Below, one piece after another: positions 15,541 to 23,222 of a DNA stretch of 64,000 bases. The DNA comes from Oscillospiraceae bacterium. Its GTDB lineage: Bacteria > Bacillota > Clostridia > Oscillospirales > Ruminococcaceae. The translations under genes were made by a program, and so were the position numbers. Within the stretch, counting starts at the first letter, position 1. Each line of letters begins with the position of its first letter. The notes below the pieces were generated by a model. It was not told where the DNA came from. It worked only from the letters and a program-made list of their open reading frames with translations, and did not search any database. Where the stretch lies: NCBI GenBank assembly GCA_017436125.1, contig JAFSDS010000026.1, forward strand, positions 862 to 64,861, given 5' to 3'.

Positions 15541-16219
15541 TATCGCAACTCTTTTTCCGGATATGTGTGAGGTTGTGCTCAGTACGAGCATCATAGGAAG
15601 AGCAAGAAAAGCGGGTTTTATCGAGGTTTATTGCCATAATATCCGCGATTTTTCCGAAGATAAACACCAGCGCGTTGACGCAGCACCTTATGGCGGCGGA
15701 AACGGAATGCTTATGCAGGCAGATCCCATCTATAAATGTTATGAGCACGTATGCGAAGAAGCGTGCTCAAAACCCTTTGTGATTTATATGTCACCCCAGG
15801 GGGCTGTGCTCAATCAGAAAATGGCTGTTGATTTTGCGAAAAATTATGAGCATCTGTTCCTCATCTGCGGACACTATGAGGGTGTTGATGAACGTATTAT
15901 TGAGGAGATCGTCGATATGGAGGTTTCCGTCGGAGACTTTGTAATGACCGGCGGCGAGCTCGGTGCTCTTGTTCTTACTGATACCGTCGGAAGACTTTGC
16001 GACGGAGTTCTTTCGGAAGACGTTTGTTTTGAGGATGAAAGCCACTATTCCGGCCTTCTCGAATATCCTCAATATACCCGTCCCCAGATATGGCACGGAA
16101 GAGAAGTCCCTTCGGTACTTCTTTCCGGAAATCATAAGCTTATATCCGATTGGCGCCATGAACAGGCGGTAAAACGCACTATGGAAAAACGTCCGGATAT
16201 GCTTAAAAAAGAGGAATAA
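15530..16219 (+). CDS. trmD: tRNA (guanine37-N1)-methyltransferase TrmD
   Basis: MRIDIATLFPDMCE N-terminus. ATG 15530 overlaps the rimM end (the track starts at TTG 15524). Confidence 0.95.
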   Translation: MRIDIATLFPDMCEVVLSTSIIGRARKAGFIEVYCHNIRDFSEDKHQRVDAAPYGGGNGMLMQADPIYKCYEHVCEEACSKPFVIYMSPQGAVLNQKMAVDFAKNYEHLFLICGHYEGVDERIIEEIVDMEVSVGDFVMTGGELGALVLTDTVGRLCDGVLSEDVCFEDESHYSGLLEYPQYTRPQIWHGREVPSVLLSGNHKLISDWRHEQAVKRTMEKRPDMLKKEE

Positions 16220-16220
16220 A

Positions 16221-16937
16221 ATGTTTGGAACAATAGTAAACGTTGCAACGGTTATTGCAGGCGGCCTTATAGGTATGCTCCTTAAAAAGGGCATCAAAAG
16301 CGAGATCATGGATAATGTGATGAAAGCGGAGGGCGTCGCTGTTCTGATAATCGGAATGAGCGGAGTTTTTACCAATATGCTTTCCGTTGGAGAAGAGGGA
16401 AAGATCGTTGAATCCGGCGGCCTTATCCTTCTTATAAGCCTTGCGCTGGGAACACTTATCGGTGAGCTTATCCGCCTTGATGACAGGATAAACGGCCTTG
16501 GAAGCTGGGTTGAGAAAAGAGTAAAAACCGATGGATTTGCAAAAGGCTTTGTTTCTGCATTCATCATTTTCTGCGTCGGCTCCATGAGCATTATAGGGGC
16601 GGTAAACGACGGACTTTCCGGAGACAGCAGCGTTCTTATAGTGAAAAGCGCCCTTGACTTTATAACCGCCATGGTGCTTGCATCCGCTATGGGTATAGGC
16701 GTTGTTTTTGCCTGTGTTCCGCTTTTTATGTATCAGGGCCTTATTTCGCTTTTTGCGTCTTTTATAAAACCGGTTATCGAAGCATATCCCGATATGATGA
16801 TACAGTTTTCCATGGTCGGCTATGCCATCATTATGTGCATAGGCATCAACTTTATTGTCGGCCCTAAAATAAAAACTGCGAATCTTCTTCCGGCAATGCT
16901 CGTTCCGGTGCTGTATAACCTGCTTATAAATGTTTAA
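16221..16937 (+). CDS. DUF554-family integral membrane protein
   Basis: MFGTIVNVATVIAGGLIGMLLKKG N-terminus typical of DUF554/YdfK. About 7 hydrophobic segments. Starts 2 nt after trmD. Confidence 0.7.
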   Translation: MFGTIVNVATVIAGGLIGMLLKKGIKSEIMDNVMKAEGVAVLIIGMSGVFTNMLSVGEEGKIVESGGLILLISLALGTLIGELIRLDDRINGLGSWVEKRVKTDGFAKGFVSAFIIFCVGSMSIIGAVNDGLSGDSSVLIVKSALDFITAMVLASAMGIGVVFACVPLFMYQGLISLFASFIKPVIEAYPDMMIQFSMVGYAIIMCIGINFIVGPKIKTANLLPAMLVPVLYNLLINV

Positions 16938-17016
16938 AACTTATGGTTATTTTAGACAAATAAGCTGAATAAATTTAACCGAGTTATGGGATTTTTATAG
17001 AAAATCACCTATTTCG

Positions 17017-17045
17017 TTGAATTGGAAAAATTAAACTGTTATAAT
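17017..17045 (+). promoter_or_regulatory. Sigma-A promoter TTGAAT-17-TATAAT with TGn extension
   Basis: Hexamers at 17017-17022 and 17040-17045, with TG at 17037-17038. Confidence 0.6.
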
Positions 17046-17087
17046 AAATACAACAATTAAAATATTGTTTATGAGGAGATTTATTAT

Positions 17088-17351
17088 ATGTATTCTAATG
17101 CTGTTAAAGTTCAGAACCAGGTCGGCCTTCATGCTCGTCCCGCAACTTTCTTTATTCAGAAATCCAATGAGTTCAAATCCTCTATTTGGGTAGAAAAAGA
17201 CGAAAGAAGAGTTAATGCAAAAAGCCTTCTCGGCGTTCTTTCTCTCGGAATCACCGGCGGAACCGAAATCACCATCATCGCAGACGGTGTCGATGAAGAA
17301 GAAGCTGTAAATTCTCTTGTAAAACTTGTTGAATCCGGTTTTGCTGACTGA
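17088..17351 (+). CDS. ptsH: Phosphocarrier protein HPr
   Basis: GLHARPA (His15) and NAKSLLGVLSLG (Ser46) motifs. 87 aa. Confidence 0.95.
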   Translation: MYSNAVKVQNQVGLHARPATFFIQKSNEFKSSIWVEKDERRVNAKSLLGVLSLGITGGTEITIIADGVDEEEAVNSLVKLVESGFAD

Positions 17352-17372
17352 TCAATAAAAATTTGAATTTTT

Positions 17373-17407
17373 TGCGCCGCAAGTAGTGATATTTGCGGCG
17401 TTTTTTG
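17373..17407 (+). terminator. Rho-independent terminator
   Basis: cgccgcaa-(10-nt loop)-ttgcggcg followed by T6. Confidence 0.8.
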
Positions 17408-17453
17408 TTACAATAGAGAAAATATAAAATCCGTAAAAAGGAGGCCGGAAAAA

Positions 17454-19289
17454 TTGGATAACCCGAGATTGCCCTATCTTCATGAAAAAACACTTTCGCT
17501 TCCGATGGAACCCGGCGTCTATATAATGCATGATAAAAGCGGAAAAGTAATCTACGTCGGAAAAGCAAAAAAACTGAAAAACCGCGTAACAAGCTATTTT
17601 CGCAATGTTGAAAAACATCTTCCGAAAGTTTATAAAATGGTGGAGCATGTTCACGATTTTGAATATATAGTGACGGACAGCGAATTTGAGGCGCTTATTC
17701 TTGAATGCAGCCTTATAAAGCAGTATTCGCCAAAGTACAACATTCTTCTTAAAGACGACAAAGGATACAGCTATGTCCGCATTTCTCCGGGACCATACAG
17801 CAAGCTTACGGGCGTTTTACAGAAAAACGACGACGGCGCGGAATATCTCGGTCCATATATAAGTTCATACGTTGTTCGCCAGACCGTTGCGGAAGCAAAT
17901 AAGGCGTTTATGCTTCCAACTTGCAGCAGAAAGTTTCCCCAGGAATTCGGAAAGGGAAGGCCCTGCCTCAACTATTACATCAAAAACTGCATGGGCGTTT
18001 GCCGAGGAAGGATCTCTGAAGAGGAGTATAACGAAACCCTCAATGAAGCATTGGATTTTATAAAAGGCGGAAGCGCCGCATCCGTTGAAAAGCTTACGGA
18101 AAGAATGTTTGCCGCGGCAGAAGCGGAAGATTTTGAGCGGGCGGCAGTTCTTAGGGACAGAATAAAGGCCATAGAAGGCATTTCCAGCCGCCAGAAAGTC
18201 GTTTTCTCAAAGGTAAAGGAACAGGACGTTGTCGCCATCGCAAAAAGCGGAGAAAACTGCTGTGCTGTTGTTCTCAGTTTCCGCGGAGGAAGACTTGTTG
18301 ATAAGGACGAATACATCCTTAAAGATTTTGGAACGGAGCCGGCCTTTGTAACGGAGTTCCTCCAGAGTTTTTATTCCGAAAGGACTGATATTCCAAAGGA
18401 GATAGCACTCCATGAAAAATGCGAGGATGCGGAACTTCTGGAACGCTGGCTTTCCGAAAAAGCCGGAAGAAAAGTAAGCATAACCGTTCCGCAAAAAGGC
18501 GAACGCAAACAGGTCACGGATATGGCCTATAACAATGCGGCGGAGCGCCTTTCTCATGAAAAATCAAGAACAAGCAGAGAAGTTGCGGTTCTTGATGAAC
18601 TGGGAAGGCTTCTCGGCATGGAAAAAGCGCCGGAAATAATAGAAGCATACGATATCTCGAACTTCGGTGCGGAAACGGTTGTCGGCGGAATGGTCGTTTA
18701 TGAAAACGCAAGACCGAAACGAAGCGATTATAAAAAGTTTTCCATAAAAACCGCCGTTGCTCCGGATGACTATGCCTGTATGTGTGAAATGCTGGAGCGC
18801 CGGTTCAATCATTATTTTGAGGAGCAGGGAAGCGGGTCTTCCTTCGGAAGAAAACCGGATCTTATCCTTCTGGATGGCGGCAAAGGCCATGTTGCGGCGG
18901 TCCAGGAACTTTTTGACCGTATGGGAATCGACGTGCCTCTTTTCGGTATGGTAAAGGACGACCGCCACAGAACCCGCGCCATCGCAAAAAACGGCGGAGA
19001 AATCGCTATTTCTCCCGTAAGAGAGGTTTTTAACTTTGTAACGGCGGTCCAGGACGAAGTCCACCGCTTCACCATTGGATACAGCCGCCAGAAGCACGCA
19101 AAAACAAATTTTGAAATGCTTATAACAAAGGCCGAGGGCATCGGACCAAAGCGCGCCGCCGCCCTTATGAAGCATTTTAAAACCATGAAAGCTATAAAAG
19201 CGGCAACGGAGGAGGAACTTTGCGAAGCTCCGGGAATGACTGCGGCGGCGGCAAAATCACTAAGGGAATTCCTTGACAGCGAAGAATAA
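17454..19289 (+). CDS. uvrC: Excinuclease ABC subunit C
   Basis: TTG start 9 nt after AAAGGAGG. GIY-YIG motif (GVYIMHDKSGKVIYVGKAKKLKNRV), UVR domain, C-terminal HhH. Confidence 0.95.
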   Translation: MDNPRLPYLHEKTLSLPMEPGVYIMHDKSGKVIYVGKAKKLKNRVTSYFRNVEKHLPKVYKMVEHVHDFEYIVTDSEFEALILECSLIKQYSPKYNILLKDDKGYSYVRISPGPYSKLTGVLQKNDDGAEYLGPYISSYVVRQTVAEANKAFMLPTCSRKFPQEFGKGRPCLNYYIKNCMGVCRGRISEEEYNETLNEALDFIKGGSAASVEKLTERMFAAAEAEDFERAAVLRDRIKAIEGISSRQKVVFSKVKEQDVVAIAKSGENCCAVVLSFRGGRLVDKDEYILKDFGTEPAFVTEFLQSFYSERTDIPKEIALHEKCEDAELLERWLSEKAGRKVSITVPQKGERKQVTDMAYNNAAERLSHEKSRTSREVAVLDELGRLLGMEKAPEIIEAYDISNFGAETVVGGMVVYENARPKRSDYKKFSIKTAVAPDDYACMCEMLERRFNHYFEEQGSGSSFGRKPDLILLDGGKGHVAAVQELFDRMGIDVPLFGMVKDDRHRTRAIAKNGGEIAISPVREVFNFVTAVQDEVHRFTIGYSRQKHAKTNFEMLITKAEGIGPKRAAALMKHFKTMKAIKAATEEELCEAPGMTAAAAKSLREFLDSEE

Positions 19290-19291
19290 CA

Positions 19292-19320
19292 TTGACATTT
19301 ATGCCGAAAAATAGGATAAT
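19292..19320 (+). promoter_or_regulatory. Sigma-A promoter TTGACA-17-GATAAT
   Basis: Hexamers at 19292-19297 and 19315-19320, upstream of rsmD. Confidence 0.5.
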
Positions 19321-19347
19321 AGAACTATCCCAAACGGAGGTATTTTT

Positions 19348-19893
19348 ATGAGAGTTATTACCGGAACTGCAAAGGGAAAACGCCTTGTTACCCCGGAGGG
19401 CAGAGATGTTACCCGCCCCACCGGAGAGAAAGTTAAAGAGGCTCTTTTTTCTTCTATCCAGTTTCTTATAGAGGGTGCGGATGTGCTCGATCTTTACGCA
19501 GGAAGCGGCCAGCTTGGTATCGAGGCTCTTTCCCGCGGAGCAAGATCCGCCGTTTTTGTTGACAGCGCAAAGGCTGCACAAAAATGCATAACCGAGAACC
19601 TTAAAAACTGCGGTTTCACCGATATGGCAAAGCTTAAAACCGGGGATGCGCTTATGTATCTTTCCAGCGCATTTGAAAAATTCGACATCGCATTTCTTGA
19701 TCCGCCATACGCGGCGCAGCAGCTTCCGATAGTGCTTCCTGCGCTTTCAAAAGTTATGCGTCCCGGCGGCGTTGTGCTTTGTGAAACTTCAAAAACTATC
19801 GATCTTCCCGAAGAGATCGGAAAACTTGTTAAAGCGAAAGAATACCGCTACGGAAGCACAAAAGTGCTTATGTATAAACGCGGCGAGGACTGA
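19348..19893 (+). CDS. rsmD: 16S rRNA (guanine966-N2)-methyltransferase RsmD
   Basis: MRVITGTAKGKRL..RPT..KVKEALF, LDLYAGSGQLGIEALSRGA, DPPY. Confidence 0.9.
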   Translation: MRVITGTAKGKRLVTPEGRDVTRPTGEKVKEALFSSIQFLIEGADVLDLYAGSGQLGIEALSRGARSAVFVDSAKAAQKCITENLKNCGFTDMAKLKTGDALMYLSSAFEKFDIAFLDPPYAAQQLPIVLPALSKVMRPGGVVLCETSKTIDLPEEIGKLVKAKEYRYGSTKVLMYKRGED

Positions 19894-19894
19894 T

Positions 19895-20371
19895 ATGAAA
19901 AAAGCAGTTTGCCCCGGGAGCTTTGATCCCATCACAAACGGGCATATCGACATTATTAAAAGAGCGGCGGAACTTTTTGATGAAGTTACCGTTCTTGTTG
20001 TGACAAATCCGGATAAAAATTGCGTTTTTTCTCCGGAAGAAAGATGCACCCTTATAGAAAAAGCTGTTGAAGGCATCGACGGAGTAAAGGTCGATTGTTT
20101 CAGCGGGCTTTTGGCGGATTACGTAAAACAAAACGAAATGAATGCCATTGTTAAAGGCATCCGTTCCTCTTCGGATTTTGAGTATGAGTTCCAGATGGCT
20201 CTTGCCAACAGGAGCCTTGCTCCAAACGCAGAAACGGTTTTTATTACTGCGGATCCGCAGAATATGTACGTAAGCTCAAGCCTTATAAGGCAGATAGCAA
20301 CCTTTGGAGGAGATGTTTCCGACTTTGTTCCGAAGGTTATTGTTGAGGAAATTGAAAAAAGACTTAAATAA
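19895..20371 (+). CDS. coaD: Phosphopantetheine adenylyltransferase
   Basis: ATG 19895 lies just after the rsmD stop. AVCPGSFDPITNGHIDII motif. Confidence 0.95.
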   Translation: MKKAVCPGSFDPITNGHIDIIKRAAELFDEVTVLVVTNPDKNCVFSPEERCTLIEKAVEGIDGVKVDCFSGLLADYVKQNEMNAIVKGIRSSSDFEYEFQMALANRSLAPNAETVFITADPQNMYVSSSLIRQIATFGGDVSDFVPKVIVEEIEKRLK

Positions 20372-20390
20372 ACAGGGGAGGACATAAATT

Positions 20391-20876
20391 ATGCCTATTG
20401 AAGAGATCCTTGATCAGCTTGATGAACTTATTGACCGTTCCTGGTCCCTTCCGCTTACCGGCGGACGCTGTGTTGTTGACGCAGACAAAGTACGCGAACT
20501 TCTTGATGACGTTCGTCTTAATTTGCCCACCGAAATAAGACAGGCTCAGTCCATCGTTGCAGACCGCACCGAAATCGTTGACGCCGCAAAGAAAGAGGCA
20601 GAAGCAATCATCGCCCGCGCAGAAAAACGCGCAGCCGCTCTTGTTGAGGAACAGGAGATCGTTCGCCAGAGCAAAAACAAAGCCGCTGAAATCACCCAGC
20701 AGGCACAGCAGCAGAGCCGCGAAATGCGCCAGAGCGCAAAAGACTTTGTTGACAGCATCCTCAAGAATACCGAGGAAACTCTCGGCGCTTCCCTCAACGA
20801 AGTTAAAAGCACCCGCGCCGCATTCAACCAGCAGCAGAAAGCTGCCCAGGCTTCTGCACAGCAGGCACAGAAATAA
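20391..20876 (+). CDS. Hypothetical coiled-coil protein (ATP-synthase b/E-like heptads)
   Basis: GGGGAGGA RBS. 161 aa, Ala/Gln/Glu-rich helical sequence. No catalytic motif recognised. Confidence 0.6.
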   Translation: MPIEEILDQLDELIDRSWSLPLTGGRCVVDADKVRELLDDVRLNLPTEIRQAQSIVADRTEIVDAAKKEAEAIIARAEKRAAALVEEQEIVRQSKNKAAEITQQAQQQSREMRQSAKDFVDSILKNTEETLGASLNEVKSTRAAFNQQQKAAQASAQQAQK

Positions 20877-20885
20877 TGATTTTAA

Positions 20886-20920
20886 AAGCGCTTCTTTTTC
20901 AGAAAAAGAAGCGTTTTTTA
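20886..20920 (+). terminator. Rho-independent terminator
   Basis: gcgcttcttttt-cag-aaaaagaagcg followed by T6. Confidence 0.8.
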
Positions 20921-20979
20921 TCACCAAAAATCCCCACGAAAGAGGATTTTTTGATTTGAAATCACAATAAAAACCCATA

Positions 20980-21012
20980 AAAAAGCCCGTTTTTATCAAA
21001 CGGGCTTTTTTC
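20980..21012 (+). terminator. Second rho-independent terminator upstream of the dcw cluster
   Basis: gcccgt-(9-nt loop)-acgggc followed by T6. Confidence 0.6.
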
Positions 21013-21101
21013 TTTTCCACATATTCCCACAAAGCACGAAAAATGCCGATTTTTCGCATTGTTAAGCCAAAAAATTAATTTGTAAATTTTTCAAAATACT
21101 A

Positions 21102-21129
21102 TTGCATTTTCTGTATTTTGATGTATAAT
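21102..21129 (+). promoter_or_regulatory. Sigma-A promoter of the dcw cluster (TTGCAT-16-TATAAT)
   Basis: Hexamers at 21102-21107 and 21124-21129. Confidence 0.6.
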
Positions 21130-21139
21130 ATTAATGAAA

Positions 21140-21163
21140 GTGGTGAATTGTGGGGAGAAGTGG
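21140..21163 (+). promoter_or_regulatory. Three GTGG(G) direct repeats at 10-bp spacing: MraZ-operator-like
   Basis: GTGG at 21140, 21150 and 21160 (aaaGTGGtgaattGTGGggagaaGTGGct), just downstream of the -10. Confidence 0.6.
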
Positions 21164-21210
21164 CTAAACTTTTTCAAAATTCATCAAAAAACGGAAAGGG
21201 AGGGAAGACA

Positions 21211-21630
21211 ATGTTCATCGGCGAATATTACCACAGTCTTGATGAAAAAGGCCGCGTTAATTTTCCGGCAAAGCTTCGCGAAGAGCTTGGCGAACAGTTT
21301 GTTATAACAAAAGGCCTTGATGGCTGTCTTTCCGTCTATTCCATGGCTTCGTGGGAACGCATTAGCGAGATCGTTGCCGGACTTCCTCAGGCAAAGGCAA
21401 GAGATCTTAAACGCTTTATGTTCTCCGCCGCTACCATTGTTAACCCGGACAAACAGGGAAGAGTTCTTGTAACTCCGACCCTCCGCACTTTTGCAAACAT
21501 TGTAAAAGATGTTGCTGTTATCGGCGCTTCCGATCACGTTGAACTCTGGGATAGAGAAACCTGGATAAAACGCAATTCCGAAATCGATTCCGATGAAATT
21601 GCAAAAGCGATGGACGAACTTGGATTCTGA
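21211..21630 (+). CDS. mraZ: Transcriptional regulator MraZ
   Basis: MFIGEYYHSLDEKGRVNFPAKLRE and a second SpoVT/AbrB-like half (DKQGRVLV). The track ORF starts further upstream at 21118. Confidence 0.95.
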   Translation: MFIGEYYHSLDEKGRVNFPAKLREELGEQFVITKGLDGCLSVYSMASWERISEIVAGLPQAKARDLKRFMFSAATIVNPDKQGRVLVTPTLRTFANIVKDVAVIGASDHVELWDRETWIKRNSEIDSDEIAKAMDELGF

Positions 21631-21640
21631 GGTGGCCGGG

Positions 21641-22576
21641 ATGAGTGAAATGGATTTTCAGCATATTTCGGTGCTCCTTAACGAATGCATCGAACAGCTT
21701 AATATAAAACCCGATGGCATTTACATCGACGGAACTGCCGGCGGCGCCGGACATTCTTCCGAAATTGCAAAACGTCTTACAACCGGAAAACTTATCGCGC
21801 TGGATAAGGACCCGGATGCAATAAAAACCGCGACCGAACGGCTCGCAAAATACCCTTGCGCCGAGGTTATCCGTTCCGACTTTGCCGAGATTCCCGCAGT
21901 TCTCGACAGACTTGGAATAGAAAAGGCAGATGGAGTCCTGCTTGACCTCGGCGTAAGCTCCCATCAGCTCGACGCGGCTGAAAGGGGTTTCAGCTATCAC
22001 AATGAAGCGCCTCTTGATATGCGTATGAGCCAGGAAGGAACTTCTGCATACGACATCGTAAACAATGCTTCCGGTGCCCAGCTTGCGAAGATACTTTACG
22101 ATTACGGCGAAGAAAAATTTACTCCGCGAATCGTCAACGCTATTGTTGATGCAAGAGCGGTAAAACCTATAGAAACAACAACTGAGCTTGCAGAAATCGT
22201 TAAAAACGCATATCCTGCGGCAGCAAGAAGAGGGGGCGGACATCCGGCTCGTCAGACTTTCCAGGCTCTTCGCATCGCAACAAATGGGGAACTTGATCGC
22301 CTTGCGGAAGCGCTTGACAGAGTTTTTGACAGACTTGCTCCCGGCGGAAGGTTTGCGATAATCACCTTCCATTCCCTTGAGGACAGAATGGTCAAAAGAG
22401 CTTTTGCGGAATACACAAAAGGCTGCACCTGTCCTCCGGAATTTCCGGTTTGTGTTTGCGGAAAGACCCCAAGGGGAAAACTTACAACAAGAAAACCTAT
22501 CGAGCCCACCAAAGAGGAGCTTGAATATAACCACAGGAGCAGAAGCGCAAAGCTTCGCGTAATTGAAAAACTTTGA
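21641..22576 (+). CDS. rsmH: 16S rRNA (cytosine1402-N4)-methyltransferase RsmH
   Basis: HISVLLNECI..., DGTAGGAGHS, DLGVSSHQLD. Confidence 0.95.
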   Translation: MSEMDFQHISVLLNECIEQLNIKPDGIYIDGTAGGAGHSSEIAKRLTTGKLIALDKDPDAIKTATERLAKYPCAEVIRSDFAEIPAVLDRLGIEKADGVLLDLGVSSHQLDAAERGFSYHNEAPLDMRMSQEGTSAYDIVNNASGAQLAKILYDYGEEKFTPRIVNAIVDARAVKPIETTTELAEIVKNAYPAAARRGGGHPARQTFQALRIATNGELDRLAEALDRVFDRLAPGGRFAIITFHSLEDRMVKRAFAEYTKGCTCPPEFPVCVCGKTPRGKLTTRKPIEPTKEELEYNHRSRSAKLRVIEKL

Positions 22577-22615
22577 GTTTGAGGAATTTTAAAATTTTGA
22601 GAGGGGGAAAAAGTT

Positions 22616-23101
22616 TTGTCAGCAGAGGTTGCTTATGTTCTTGAAAATTTTGCTGCCAAAACAGCCGTTGAGCAAGATAAAGAGCTCAAAAGCCGTTCTT
22701 TAAGAATAATCCAGAACCGCAGAAAAGAAAAAGGCATTGCTCCGGCAAAAATCATCCTCGGAGCAATTATGACCATAGTTATCTGCGTTGTAATGATTTA
22801 CAGCCAGGTAGTTCTTACCGAGCTTACCAGCGAAGTTGGTTTTTATGAAAATCAGATAACTGACCTCAACACCGAATATGTAAGACTTCAAAGCGAACTT
22901 GAAGCAAGCACCTCCATAAAAACCCTTGAGGAAGCGGCAGAAAACAAACTCGGTCTTGCAAAAATCGATTCCAGCCAGGTGGAATATGTAAGCCTTACCG
23001 GAACGGACGACATCACTGTTGCCCAGACCGGCGGCATATATCTTGCTGAGCAGTATTGGAATAATTTCGTTGCATTCATTGCGGAATACTTGCCCTTCTG
23101 A
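22616..23101 (+). CDS. ftsL: Cell division protein FtsL-like (single TM helix plus coiled coil)
   Basis: TTG start 8 nt after GAGGGGG. TM helix IILGAIMTIVICVVMIY followed by a coiled coil. Lies between rsmH and the PBP. Confidence 0.7.
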   Translation: MSAEVAYVLENFAAKTAVEQDKELKSRSLRIIQNRRKEKGIAPAKIILGAIMTIVICVVMIYSQVVLTELTSEVGFYENQITDLNTEYVRLQSELEASTSIKTLEEAAENKLGLAKIDSSQVEYVSLTGTDDITVAQTGGIYLAEQYWNNFVAFIAEYLPF

Positions 23102-23222
23102 AATAATAATATAAACAATGTAGCGCCGCTGCGTCTTTATGTTAAGCGGCGCTGTCTTCATAATTGGGGATAAGACCGAAAAGGGTCGAAAACTTGGTGA
23201 AAGGAGTAAAATAAGAGGAAAA

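Noticed and set aside
20925-20952. Third hairpin between the two terminators upstream of mraZ
   Set aside because: The stem is 8 bp with only two G-C pairs (aaaaatcc/ggattttt), which is too weak to call.
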